Shown: positions 25,396-38,021 of the stretch, piece by piece
Position numbering within the stretch: the stretch's first letter is position 1
Layout: the number at the start of each line of letters is the position of its first letter
Source of the DNA: Phoronis australis
Taxonomy: Eukaryota > Animalia > Phoronida
Assembly (NCBI GenBank): GCA_002633005.1
Contig: NMRA01000961.1
Location: 1-44,881 of the forward strand
Reading direction: 5' to 3'
Length of the DNA stretch: 44,881 nt
Position numbers and translations under genes: made by a program
Notes under the pieces: model-generated
What the model saw: the letters and a program-made list of their open reading frames with translations, nothing else
What the model was told of the DNA's origin: nothing
Database searches by the model: none

Positions 25396-26251
25396 CTAAC
25401 ACAAATGTAAAGACACGCATTAAACAAAATAATAGGATAACAAATAGCATAGGTATGCGCCAGCATTGTACATCATGCACAGAGCAGACATTAACCTTGC
25501 GGATTTATAATCCCCAAGAGACAGTTTTATTTCACTTAAAAATGTCAATAAGTGAGGACACAAATCAAACTCCTCTAGAATTGAATTCCATAAGAATCGA
25601 TCGATTAGTTTGGTGCATGCCAAGGATGAGGTGAACCAATTGTAATTACAATGAAGCACATTACTATTGATATTTGTCTGAAAATTAGGGCTGTGTCTCC
25701 ACTACAAATAAGACAAACTTTTCTGACAGAGAGGCACTGAAGGCATATGAATTAACTGTCACAGAGGGTTGCAACGCTCACAAATATTCACAATTTCAAA
25801 AGGTGCTTTTGTTCCTCATGCACATTTTCCACGGTTTCATGAGTAGAGAGATGGCTGAAGAAAACATACCACGAAGGCACATAGCATTCACTTGATCTAA
25901 AATCAAGCGAGCGCAGTTCAGTCTTGTTTTATTAACCAAATGGGAAGATCCATTCCAGGACTCTATAGATTAACAAGTAGAGGCACTGACATGCAGATAG
26001 GGGCACAAAACAAAGGTCATTTTGGAGGTTTTAAATTTTCCATTACTCCTGAATTGATCAACAGCTTTAAATAAAATAAAAATAATGCAAATACCAAGTG
26101 TAAATATGCTTCTGATGAGCTTCATATTTTGATTTGCTTCCATTAACACGGGACTAAAATTACTTAGCCGTATTTATTCGTTGTGTGCGTCGTGGAAGCT
26201 GATAATAGTGTGAGTTTCACAGTACGGCTGCACTGCGCTTCTTTGGCTCGC

Positions 26252-27034
26252 GGGCTGTCAAAAGTGCCAAAGCGCTTTTTATTAATCTTCAGATATTTGC
26301 CAATACATATTTGTGTCCGGATTCCACTCCAATGTAACAGTATTAAATTAAGACGAAAGGACAACGTTCTGTGGGTCACAAAAACGAAACAACATTTTGA
26401 AGATAACCAGTATCAAGTATACTCATAGGCGAAAAACCTGCAAAAAACTGTATAAAATCCGACTTTTTTCAAACTTCAAAAGTATTTCTAAACTCATACC
26501 GGATGAGAAAATGAACGTAACAGTTTCTTACAAATTCTGAGCTAATCTCCCATCTATACAGAGTGCAAATTCCATTGCAAGACAGCCGGGCGATCGGCAA
26601 CATTTCATCTCACAGCATTGTACGTGGATCCATTTTCTGAACACAAGAGACGTGGAATTTTTTTCGAAAAACAGCATGAAGTTTGGACCAGCAACCTCTT
26701 AGTACTCCTGGTAATCACCTACGCTATCGGCAAATCCGATGGCAAAATGAATTCAGCCACAAACTTGACTTCAAAATGAGCTATGCGCTCAAATATTGGC
26801 TTCAGGACGATCGTTAACATACATGTAGGCCTGAATGGGGCAAACTTCAAACTTCAAGAGACGTGGACAAGTCTTAGCATACACTCTATGCGACAGGCTA
26901 TCGGCAAATTGTGTAGTTATCTCCCCTCACTTATCAATTCCTGATTATAGCCTGTTCTTGTGTATTTCTTATGGAGGGCTGCTGGCAAGATTTAGCGCAT
27001 ACGCAGTAGTGCATGTTACACATTTCTGGCGTTG
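26252..27034 (-). mobile_element. Partial inverted copy of the 14243-15387 element
   Basis: Reverse complement of ~14243-15040, ending in the TIR atgttacacatttctggcgttg. Confidence 0.88.
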
Positions 27035-27756
27035 TGATGAGTTCAACGTCTAAAATAAATTGTGAGATTATGGAGCATCTGTTTTTAAGCTTATGAGTTT
27101 ACATGCACAATACTGTTCGGTAGCAAATATCACTTGAGACAGGTTTTGTTGATCAGGAAGCTGAACAAATTATGGATCTTCCCATACGATGTCTCACGAT
27201 AGACCAAGTATCGGACAACTGGGACATCCCGGATTTCACAACTGAACTCTCCTTCATTCGGGAGGTAAGACTTTGTGTTATTTCCAGTGACCATGGGTGG
27301 TACGTTTTCGCAAGTCATGTACGAAAAGAACGTGAGGTACACCTACAAGTATTGCCCATTTAAACCGTTTAATAATATCAGAGTTTAAAGGCATCTTCGA
27401 TTCAGAATCATTTCATCTAGATGGCCCGTTTGACACAAACAATATTTCTCGAACTCCAATGCTTTGCTTGTCTATTGTGCGAAGGTCCATCTGATTGCTT
27501 CCTGTTCTATTTTGAGCTCGTGCTCCGTTTTGTGCATATCACGTCGCCAAACCTAATCTAAGATACCGTAGATGGTCAAATTTTGGGGCTGAATTAATTT
27601 TTGAGGAAGAATGAATAATCAGATAATGAAAGAAATTTCAATGTTTCCATTCAATTGAGCGGAGTTCTTAAATCAAGTGCCTTTCCAATGCCTTGCGCAA
27701 TGTCATGCGCAGGACTAGGCGCCTATAGACAATGACACACAACACTCAATACTCAC

Positions 27757-27996
27757 TTGTCGTCTGGACTGTCCTTGATGTTGAAACTGCGTCATCCCAA
27801 CCTGCCTTGACTGTTCTTATAGTAACGACGTACTCAGTTCCAGTACAACGTTTGTTGGTAGCAGTCTTATCTGCATTGAAGTCATGTTTGCTGCAAGACA
27901 CTTTGTATCTCTCTTTGTCTCCAGGTGCTGCAGTCCAACTGACGTCAATTTTTGTCTCACTTGGAACTAGTTCGCCAATAATAGCTGCAGCGAGTT
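27757..27996 (-). CDS. FN3-domain exon A (240 nt, phase 1-1) with an in-frame 12-nt deletion
   Basis: cctttcag|...|gtgagt. Translation LAAAIIGELVPSETKIDVSW...YKVSC...KRCTG-TEYVVTI lacks LTPG relative to exon B. Confidence 0.8.
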
Positions 27997-28021
27997 CTGA
28001 AAGGTACAAGCATGGACAGAG

Positions 28022-28160
28022 AATCCTACACGACTCTCAGTTCATTACATGGGCAAAACCTGTTGGAAATTTCGTCAAAATCCCGAGGCTTGCGGAAGGA
28101 TTTTGACTAACTATCCAAGAGGTTTTGCCCATGTCATCAATCTGAGACGAGTGTAGGATT
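28022..28160. repeat. ~140-bp imperfect palindrome (hairpin/MITE-like)
   Basis: aatcctacac...catgggcaaaacc...gtcaaaatcc [cgaggcttgcggaa] ggattttgac...ggttttgcccatg...gtgtaggatt. Confidence 0.88.
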
Positions 28161-28874
28161 TGTTTCCTCGAATGAACCGTGAAGAACGATCACGTTTGCC
28201 GAAAAACTCGATGTGTTGAAAACCTTCAACCACGTGACGCAACCTTTGTAACAACACGCTTGCGCAATGTGAAGTAATTCATTTATTTTTGTTAATAGTT
28301 ATATTTTTAGCTTAACAATTGTAAATTACATTCTCCTTTTCCGTAACAAATATTCAAGTTAGAATGTATTAAATAGTCTTTGAAATTCTAATGTTAAAAA
28401 CTTAAAAACTGTTTACAAATAAGTCAGCAAGTCTTCCCAACGCCTAATCATTGACTTGACCTTGAGACAGCACAGCTAGACAGTCTCGCCGCGATTCTTG
28501 AGTTGGGGCCCGTCTCCGTTTGAAGGAACGTGGATATTGAATTCGCCGCCTGAGATGGGTCTGTTTATGAAGTTGTTTGCATATCCTTCCGACTGGAAGT
28601 ATGTGCAGTTGCGACAACCGATTTGTCAAACATAACCTTGTATCTTTCTTGGAATTCCAACATGGTTTGGTTGGCGTACCTTTGATTGTTCTATTGTTTT
28701 GAAGACAATAAGTGTAAATGGTGTTGATGTCTACTTTGCACTGCTTTGTGATTCGCCCTTGTGATATCAAAAATACGTTATCGGTTTTATTAACCAGTCG
28801 TGTCTTAACACATTACAGGTCTTGTGCAAAACAGTTATTACTGTTGACACAGGGTTACGTATGGAAGCGTACAA

Positions 28875-29125
28875 GTACCCCAACACCTCTAAAAACACCA
28901 CAGCAACCCACATTCGCCACAAAACCCATTAAACTCCACAACACCCTCCACTTGCCACAACACCTCCACAAACTCCCCACAACACCCTCATGAATTCACA
29001 ACTCCCCGTAAGCAATGACAACTCTCACACTCCCAACACCCCTAGAGAACTGTACAACACCCCCACCCCCCAAAAAAAAATCTACAACACCCCTAGAAAG
29101 GCCACAACACACCCACAAAAGCAGC
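28875..29125 (+). repeat. CA-rich degenerate array (ccacaacacc units)
   Basis: Multiple cacaacacc / acaacaccc units. Confidence 0.75.
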
Positions 29126-29329
29126 AATGCAACATAAACAGGTGTTGCCTGTAACTACTTATTTGTCAGTACTAGTATACGCTAGCCGGCCAAGTGCAAT
29201 ACAGGAACAAGAGGATATTACTGGCACATTCCCAAATAAAAGCGCGGACTCACTACAAGAGAGTCATGCGCAGCATACATGTAAGATGATTGGCAACAGA
29301 CCCGACTGTGCCGTTGTCAACCAACCATT

Positions 29330-32300
29330 GAAAGTGGCGTAAACATTTCATGCGATATCGACTCGCATCCAAACTGAACAAATACGACGGGGAAGTCCAA
29401 GTAGCCACGCTTATTTACAGCATGGGCACCGATGCTGAAAATGTTTTCGAAACGTTTGGCCTGAGTGATCCCGATGCTAAGAAATTTGACATTGTGATAG
29501 AAAAATTTGATGCCCACTTCATCCCAACAAGAAACATTATAAACGAACGAGCCATATTCAACCAGAGAGTCCATCATGCCGATGAAAATGTTTAGTCATT
29601 TTTACGAGCGTTGTATGAACAGGCCGACCACTGCGACTTCCAAGAGAGGGACGAGATGATACGCGACCGGCTTGTCATAGGTATACACGATCGAGATGTG
29701 TCAAAAGAGTTACAACTGAAATCAGGGCTGACACTCGAGCAAGCTATCTTGTTCGCTATACAGGCCGAGCAGGTCAATTCCCAGATGCGGCAGTTATCAC
29801 TTGCAACTGGCCCAGATAAGGCCATAGGTGCCATCAGAGGTCGTAGACGAGGTCAGCATCACGTTCCCCATGGTAGAGGCAAAAGTAAGCCTAAACGCGA
29901 CAGCGGCACGCAACAGAATAGTGGTCAATGCGGTTACAGTAAACACAAACCTGGTGAAACATGCCCTGTGACTGATCAGCTGTGCAACAGATGTCATCGA
30001 AAAGGACATTTTAAACCGCAGTGCAGGTCAAAGACAATTAAAGAGGCATTCATTGGAAACGGTGAAGAAAGTGAGTTAAACGCATACTTCCTTGGTAGTT
30101 GTACAGTTGTCGATGACAACGAAGACATGTCTGACAATTGGACAGTGAATCTGACAATCCACGACAAGTTAGTCGAGTATAAGATCGATACCGGAGACGA
30201 TATTTCGACCATACCAGAGTCCGTGTATGAGACACTCAAACACCGACTTGTTTAGAGCAGACAGAAACTGCCTTGTTCACTCCTAGCGGTAGACTTAAGA
30301 CGTCAGGTTCTTTTCTCGCGTCAGTAAAACATGATGAGAGTAAATACAAGTTTCGCGTCTTTGTTGTATCCGGAACAAAGAGTTGTCTGTTGAGCCGAAA
30401 TGTTTCCACGAAACTTGGACTTGTTCGACGCGTTTGTGAAATTGACGAGTCCGTTTTTGCTACAGCAGGACTACTGAAGTGTGGCCGATCAAGATACATT
30501 TGGAAGAGAACCCAGAACCGTACAGTTTGAACGCAGCGAGGCGAATACCCATGCCACTGATGCCGAAAATTTAGGCTGAAATCGAGCGAATGGTTGCAGG
30601 TGACATAATCGAACCAGTTACTCAGACTACTCCTTGGTGTGCGCCGATCGTTCCTGTTGCTAAGAAGGATGGAAGTGTCCGTATATGAGCAGATTTAAAG
30701 AAACTGAACCTCGCCGTGCAACGTGAACGTTATGTTCTACCTACCTTGGATGATGTAATTCTCAAGCTTTCGGGTGCCACTGTATTTACTACACTAGATC
30801 TTTCTAGTGGGTATTGGGCTGTTCTACTGCATGAGGAGAGTCGTCTTCTCACTACGTTTATCACACCGATGGGGCGTTTTTGTTTTAAACGTTTATCGTT
30901 TGGAATTAGCTGTGCTAGCAAGATATTCCAAAGAATTATGAATGAGTTACTTGAGGGTTCTCAAGCAATCGTTTGGCAAGACGGCATTTTGATGTATGGC
31001 AAGACCGTGAGTGAGCACGACGCAATGCTAGAAACAGTCATGAAGCGAATTGAAGAGTCCGGATTGAAACTAAACCGAGCCAAGTGTTTGCTTCGTCAGA
31101 GTCAGTTGAGATACGTCGGGCATAAATTCGATGCTTCGGGAATGAGTCCCGATGAGACAAAAGTACGTGCGATCATGGGTCTTGAGCCGCCTACAAACGT
31201 GACGGAACTTCACAGAGTTCTAGGCATGGTGAAGTATCTTGGAAAATATTTGCAAAATCTCGCAGCTGCAATGGCACCTATGAACGAACTGCTTTGTAAA
31301 GACATTGAGTTCCGTTGGGGAGTTGCCCAAGAAAAATCGTTCAAAGAAGTTAAAGATCTCATTTGCAATAGCCCGGTACTGGCATATTATGATGTAACCT
31401 TATCCACTGTTGTGAGTTGTGGTGTTAGTAGCTATGGCATCGACGGTGTTATCATGCAACCGCATGGAGACGAGTTACGCCCTATTGCTTTATGTTCGAG
31501 AACATCAAAGCCAGCTGAAAGAAACTATGCCCAAATCGAAAAAGAGTGTTTGGCAGCCACATGGATTTGCGAAAAATTCCGTCGATATTTACAGGGACTG
31601 GTGTCATTCCGTCTAATGACCGACCATAAACCACTTGTCCTTCTGCTGAATACGCGTGACATTGATTGTCTACGGCTACGTTGTCAGAGGCTTATTATAA
31701 GACTGATGCCTTTCAATTTGCGAGCAGAGCACGTTCCTGGCAAACTCATGGTTGTGGCAGATGCTCTATCCAGAGCACCCATGAGAGAAACTGAGTCAGC
31801 TACTGAAAACGAGGTGGCATTCCATGTCAATGCTGTAATCGACGCCAAGTGTACGTCTGACAGGAAACTAGTTGAGATCCAAGTAGCGACCGAGCGAGAT
31901 GACGAGGCCCAGCAAGCCATTGAATTGACCATGAATGGTTGGCCAGCCCATAAGGAGAAAGTTCCGTCATTTGCGCTGAGTTCTACAATGTGAGACACAG
32001 CCTTTCTGTTGCCAACGGTGTACTACTGATGGATTCCCGTATTGTAATACCACAAACTACAGGGTTGTATGCGCAAAGATATTCTAAATCGCATTCACGA
32101 TGGACACATGGGAATTAACAAATGCCGCGAAAGAGCAAACATGTCCGTGTTTTGCCCGGCATTAACGACGACATACAGAGACGTATTCGTGAGTGTGAGT
32201 TTTGTCAAGTACACCGACCAACACAGAAACACGAGCCACAAACCGTTACACCACAACCTAATAGACCATGGCAAAAACTGGCCGTTGACTTATGTAGGTA

Positions 32301-33611
32301 AACAAAGGGAAATATCTTGTCATTATGGACTATTATTCCAAGTGGTTGGAGGTAATTCGTATGACCGACACAACAGCATCTCGAGTAATTGCAGAAGAAA
32401 AAGCAGTGTTTGCGTGCTTTGGGATCCCAGAGGAAATCGTATCGGACAATGGTCCCCGTTTGATTCTGAAGCAATGAGGCGTTTTGCTGCAGAGCATGGT
32501 ATTGTTCTTACCACAGTTAGTCCTCACAACCCACAGACTAATGGTCAAGCGGAAAGTGGTGTTGCAATTACTGAGAAAATATTGCTACAGAACGACCCCG
32601 CAATGACTTTGTTAAGCTATACGTCCACACCAGTTCCAGCGACTGGTTTTAGTCCGTCCAAGTTGTTAATGGGTCGTGAACTCTGAACTGACGTCCCGAC
32701 CATACCCAATCAACTTCACCGTCAGACAAGGAAACCGTCTCGGAAAGAGTTAAATCTACACAGCAAGACTATAAACGTCAGTCCGACCAACGCCGCGATG
32801 TTTTACCTCTTCCAAACCTGAAAGTTGGCAGTACAGCTCGCGTTAAACACGACGGCAAAAAGCAATGGTCTCAGCCTGCGACTGTCGTACACGCACACTG
32901 TACGCCGAGATCGTATATTGTACGTACAGAAGATGGTAAAGAATACCGCAGGAGCAGAAGTCATCTTCAGAGCATACCGATACAAACATCACGTACGCCT
33001 GAGAAAACGCATTCGTCGAGTTCAAAAGCATCTCCAGCAGAATCGTCAGTCAGCCAGCAGACAGCTACGAATGTGTCATCTGATGTATCGTATATTGTGG
33101 AATCTTCGAATCGCCCTACTGCCACCAAAGGATCAGTACGACAGTTAAAGCCGACTGTTTGGTCCAAAGATTATGTTTAGATTTAGGATAGTAGTTTATG
33201 TGCGAGGCAGTGTTGGGTTAAGAATGATAATCGCTTTGACACGGTATTCCTGGGTAGTCCACCTTGGGTTTATAATTAGGCTTAGTTTTATAGAGTAATT
33301 GTTTAGTTGGTAGTTTATAGATAAATTTCCATACGACTTGTTTGCTTGCGGATTAACGTATCGGTATTGGACTGGATATTTGGACAGTGACAGTTTATGC
33401 CATAGTGATATGACATTGAGAACATGAGTTCTTAGTTGAGACACTTGGACAATGGTTGCTTGTTTAACGTTTTTAAATCTCGGAGGGGGGATGTTCCGTA
33501 GTTGTATGGCATCTTGTTTAGTATTTTGTATTTTTAATAAACCTGCCAGACGGCGCTCAACAACAAAGCAACGCCCACGTGCGTATCTCTCAAGTGATTC
33601 ACGTAATGACA
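29330..33611 (+). mobile_element. Decayed Ty3/Gypsy LTR retrotransposon (Mag/K02A2.6-like), 5' LTR missing
   Basis: gag (MIRDRLVIGI, CNRCHRKGHFKPQC), protease KIDTG, RT (LDLSSGYW, degenerate WQDG active site), RNase H (NYAQIEKE, TDHKPL, ADALSR) and integrase (HDGHMG, PQTNGQAESGV) in PR-RT-RH-IN order. Several stops and frameshifts. Confidence 0.95.
33492..33611 (+). repeat. Putative short 3' LTR preceded by a polypurine tract
   Basis: PPT ggagggggga immediately before tgttcc..., internal aataaa, possible ...tgaca end. The right boundary is unverified because no second LTR is present. Confidence 0.55.
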
Positions 33612-33649
33612 CCGACTGAAATAGAAAATAACTTCAGCGACATCTGCTT

Positions 33650-34400
33650 CCGTTGTGTTGTGGATTTCGTAGTGTTGTGTATTGTGTAGAGGGTGGTGTT
33701 GACAGAATCTGGGGAAGGTGCTGTGTTGTGGCGATTAAAGAAAATGTTGTAGAGCATTGTAGAGTGTTGTGGTAATTGAGCAATTTGTAAGGTGTTGTAA
33801 AGTTTTTAGGGTGTTGTGCTGTTTGCGGAGTATTGTGGTACACCGTTTTGTCAGTTTAGCTTTGTGTTAAGAATACTATTGGGCAAAAAACGATACGCGA
33901 TAGTAATCTAGAAATAGTTCAGTACGGTGGCCACGATTCTTGCTGTTTTTCATATTGGAATCACGCTGCATTTTGAAGTAATTACTTTAAAATCCACGTC
34001 AGTTTAGAGAAGCCAATAGATATGGGTTATCCTCCTAGTATTCCAGTCTACTCTAGAAAGCTGCTCCTGATCACGGTACCTGGAGTTTGCATTACAACTT
34101 TCACAGGTTAACAGTTCTTTGATGTTTTCCATATGGTTGCAGCAATTAAATGCCTCTCGCTATAACCTGCACAACTACATTTCCTGTCTGGTTTGCAGGT
34201 CTACTATTCAACTCTCATTTTGAAACGGAGGTATTTGCCGATTTGGGATGCAGATGAGAATTCGGGTTCGTGGCGATTGTGGAGAATGTTACAGAGCGTT
34301 TTAGAGTGTTGTGGTCATGGAGAAGTTTGCAGGGTGTTGGAAAATTTTTAGGGTGTTGGGGTGCTTGTGGAGTGTTTTGGAACACTGTTTTGTCAGTTAG
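33650..34400 (-). repeat. Two GT-rich arrays (33650-33860, 34255-34400), the reverse complement of the ccacaacacc-type repeat
   Basis: gtgttgtgg units. Both arrays share ttagggtgttg...tgtggagtgtt...ttttgtcagtt, and their translations are similar (QHPKNF.TP.KLL..HNTL). Confidence 0.75.
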
Positions 34401-37400
34401 CAGATAACCTGCACAACTGTATTTACTGGCTGCTTTGCACTTCTTAAGTTCAACGTTCATTTTGAAATGGGGACCATTGACGATTTTGTATACAGATGAC
34501 ACTTCGCGTTAGTGGCTGCGGAAAGATTTTGAACAAATTGGGCATCAACCCCATTCTGTCTTGAGCAGTTCGGGCATTGGAGAAAATAGTCCTTTTACAT
34601 AGAAGCAGGTTAATGGAGTCTCTTCATTATAACGAATTAAGTTGTAAAGTCAAGGAACTGCGTGAAAAAACCATATGGTTTACGCAACCGGGCCGGCAAA
34701 TGTAGCATATCGGCTAGCATTACTTATCTTCTGCATTCGTTACATTCCTAGTTTAAAAGATCACTTAATTTTCATTTATATGCAATTAGTATTAGTGTAT
34801 TGTACAGCAATGATTATAAATGATAATGCAAAAACAGAATTATAGTTGGAGAATACTGCAGGTTTTTTTGTTGCAATATAGGTTGTTTCTTTGAGCGAGA
34901 AAATTATATCATAACAATGCAAAGGTGTCCTCAACCTCAGTATAAAAGACCCAGAAGAGCTGATAAACGTGATATCTTTACTAACTTTTATTTTCTATTC
35001 ACCATTATTGTGGAGGTTGGTATTATCACAAGGCATACAATCCGGGAGGCCGCTTCAGACGGCTAGGCGGAAACAAAATTAATTGCATGCAAAGAATCCT
35101 ACAATAACACCCTAACCGGTCGAAATATGATTTCCACACCTAAGATTGAAGGCACCATGCTGTTATGGTTACTTTAATCACCTCAGGCTACTGAAGTTAT
35201 CAATCTCTAGGTAATGAGACCCATCATTAACACATTGGGTGCGACAATATCTTTGTATGAAATTCTCCTTGTACAAGTGGCATATTTGACTACTTTGTGA
35301 AAAGCTTGCGCGATTAGCTTTGAATTTTAAAAACTGGACAAGAAACGTGAATTTTACAACCTGTAAATCGTTTGTTTAACGTCCCGATATTTTCCTCGTT
35401 AATTCTGATGAGTGTGCCACATAAATGGGCCAATTACCAAACAAAGGGGCAGAAGATGTATTTTGAGATGAGCCGAAGTGTCACCGCATAATTTTGGGCA
35501 AGAGAATAGTTTTTCAATGTGACCGATACCTAAAACAAATCGACAGAAAATTTAGAAAGCTGCCTGAGCCATTAAACAATTAGAATTTTACAACCCTTTT
35601 AACTTTTACCAACGATAATTGATGTTAGCAAAAACAACCGTCATGACTGAGAAACAGTATTTTGTCTATACTTGGTACTAGCCTGTGAGCTGCTGAATAA
35701 ATTGACCGCTACAATAGGGTGCAAAGACAATCCCCCACAAAGAGACGGATAAATGAACGTTTGTAAGAGAAGAAGCTCCACCAGCTATAAGCGAGAATAA
35801 TGAAAAAGATCCCAATCAATAAATTCAATGCAATAATTGCACGGTTGTCATTGGTTGAAAGACTGTTTAGTGACTTGATTACAAAATGGCACCATAGAAT
35901 ACTACCCTGTAGAAGGTTGTTTTTTTATTTTTCAGGAGGAAAACACGAAATTCCTTATAACAATTCATGATTACACGTTTCAAAATATGAAGTTCTTGGA
36001 ACTAGACATTGGCACAGGATTTCTAAGCACACTGTCATTGATGAAGTACGGGTCACAAGACCCGATGACTCCAGAAGGCCCTAATAGAGTTTTGGTTGAC
36101 ATCATGCATGGATATTTCCAACTGAAACCAATAAAATTGCAATCAAGATGCTATGCACAGCATACATAGTTGTAAAATTACAGGTAGCCATATGTATAAG
36201 GGACATGCAATTTGGCTGTACTTGGGCAAGACTGACCGTAAATATACCATCATAGGGGCTCTGACTTTGGCGGGTCACATTCGGGCAGGAAAGCCAAAAA
36301 TAGGGAGCCTGTGCGAAGGCGGACGATTAGCGGGGCCCAGTATAGATAGCCCCCACCACAACTACTGTACATCGTGCTAGGTAAGGCTAATTTTACCCTC
36401 GGTATCGATATCCGTACAGAATCACTTCCTTACAAACAAAAAGCTCACCATTGTCATATGCTGTCTGTGAACGAGTCCTGGAAATGCCCTAAATGTTTTT
36501 GGAACTACATGTTTGGCGCGAAAATAAAAAAATCATGCTTTTATTGCCAGCCACCCCCCTCCCCGAATTTTGCACATTCTAATGAGTCACCACTCGAAAT
36601 TTGGTTCCGTTTCGGTCCTAAAATCGCATAATAATTCTGTGCTCAGCTGTAAGAAAAATACAATTTTTTGAAACGGTGCTCAGTCTTAATAAAGTTTCCA
36701 GCATGAGAGCGCTTTGATCAGAAATGCCAAGCACACGCAGAGTTGTAAGACAGTGACGTTGGCGTTTCCGTATGTCCACAAAAGTGCTTTGAGCAGTGTG
36801 TACAAATGTGTTCATTCGCTTTTCTGCACTGACGACTATGATCAACACGGTGTTTTAACAACACTTTTGAGTGCATTTTCAAAAGTAAATGTTTTGTTGG
36901 TGAATTCAGCGAGTCGGTGCCCACGGGCAGGAAAACGTATCTGCGTAAATAAAGAGTTGCGTTTTCAAAACATTCAGAGCATGAGCTCAAGGACTACCTG
37001 AGACAGAAAATAAAACCGATTACCAAACAGAAACTTGTCCAATGAATATATAGCTCTTGGAAAACTGTTACGCCGATGAAATGTGCAAAATACGAACGTC
37101 GTTTACGAAAGATTGTACCAGAAGTGATTTGTTGCAGTGGAGCCGCACGGGATAGTAAAAATACTGTGCTGTGCACTAGTTACCTGAATGGAAAGCTGAA
37201 GCGGAAAAATCCAGAACACACATTTTCTATTCAGGAATTGAAATCTCTGTAGAATCAAAAACAATTGGCAACCAGGATTTATTGCGTTAGAAAACTTATC
37301 ACGCCCGGAGAGAATTGTTTTCATGCCCGGAGACTACGTGATCACCCATTATGCACTGATGACAATCCAGTGTGTACCTATACATTGGTATCTATTGTAA

Positions 37401-37978
37401 AACGTGGATTAGACGAAAGAAATTCAACCCCATTTCGAAGATAATATGTCTGTTGTCGACAAGAGGTTGAAAATATAGCCCTTGTTTAGTATAGTACGGA
37501 CAGTATCACTTTGAAAGATCAATGCTTGGGGATGGTGACGTGGTGTTCTGGCGTCAAAGTTACTGACATGCTAAGTTTTTGAACCTGACTTATTAAATTT
37601 TCAGTTCGGTCGTATTTTATTTTGATCCTGAAGTGAAGAATTTTTGGTCCTCACTTGATAAATTATAGGTGCTGATGTGATAAATTTTCAGTCTTGACGT
37701 GGTGAATTTGGTCTTTATTTGCTCTTTGGTCTTCTGTGTGAAAACAATCTCAATGTATTGGATTGTTTTAATTCCTGCTTAAGTAAAATGTCTGGTTTTG
37801 AGATATTTATTTTTGGTCCTGGAGAGTTTGCATGTTTTGCTTGGTTTTAATCATGCATAGAAAAGATATGTCGTTAAATGTTTCAAATTAGGCCTCCCAT
37901 AAATGGGGGGAGAGCAGGTTGTGTAGCATCGTACTATGTAACTTCTAATATAAATCTAGGTGTTCGTGATTTAGTAAT

Positions 37979-38021
37979 ACTATGAAAAATGAGTAGTTTT
38001 GACTATGAAAAATGAGTAGTT
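37979..38021. repeat. Short tandem duplication
   Basis: actatgaaaaatgagtagtt occurs twice. Confidence 0.85.

Noticed and set aside
28560-28680. Polinton DNA polymerase B C-terminus (RYKVMFDK)
   Set aside because: Only one short motif, with no supporting flanking similarity.
34510-36620. Further TAG-terminated (Academ-like) element
   Set aside because: The right end looks plausible, but no convincing TIR partner, TSD or coding remnant was found.
36975-37060. Strong minus-strand acceptor, or a signal-peptide-like stretch for the FN3 gene
   Set aside because: Stops follow in all three frames, and no ATG is positioned before the hydrophobic run.
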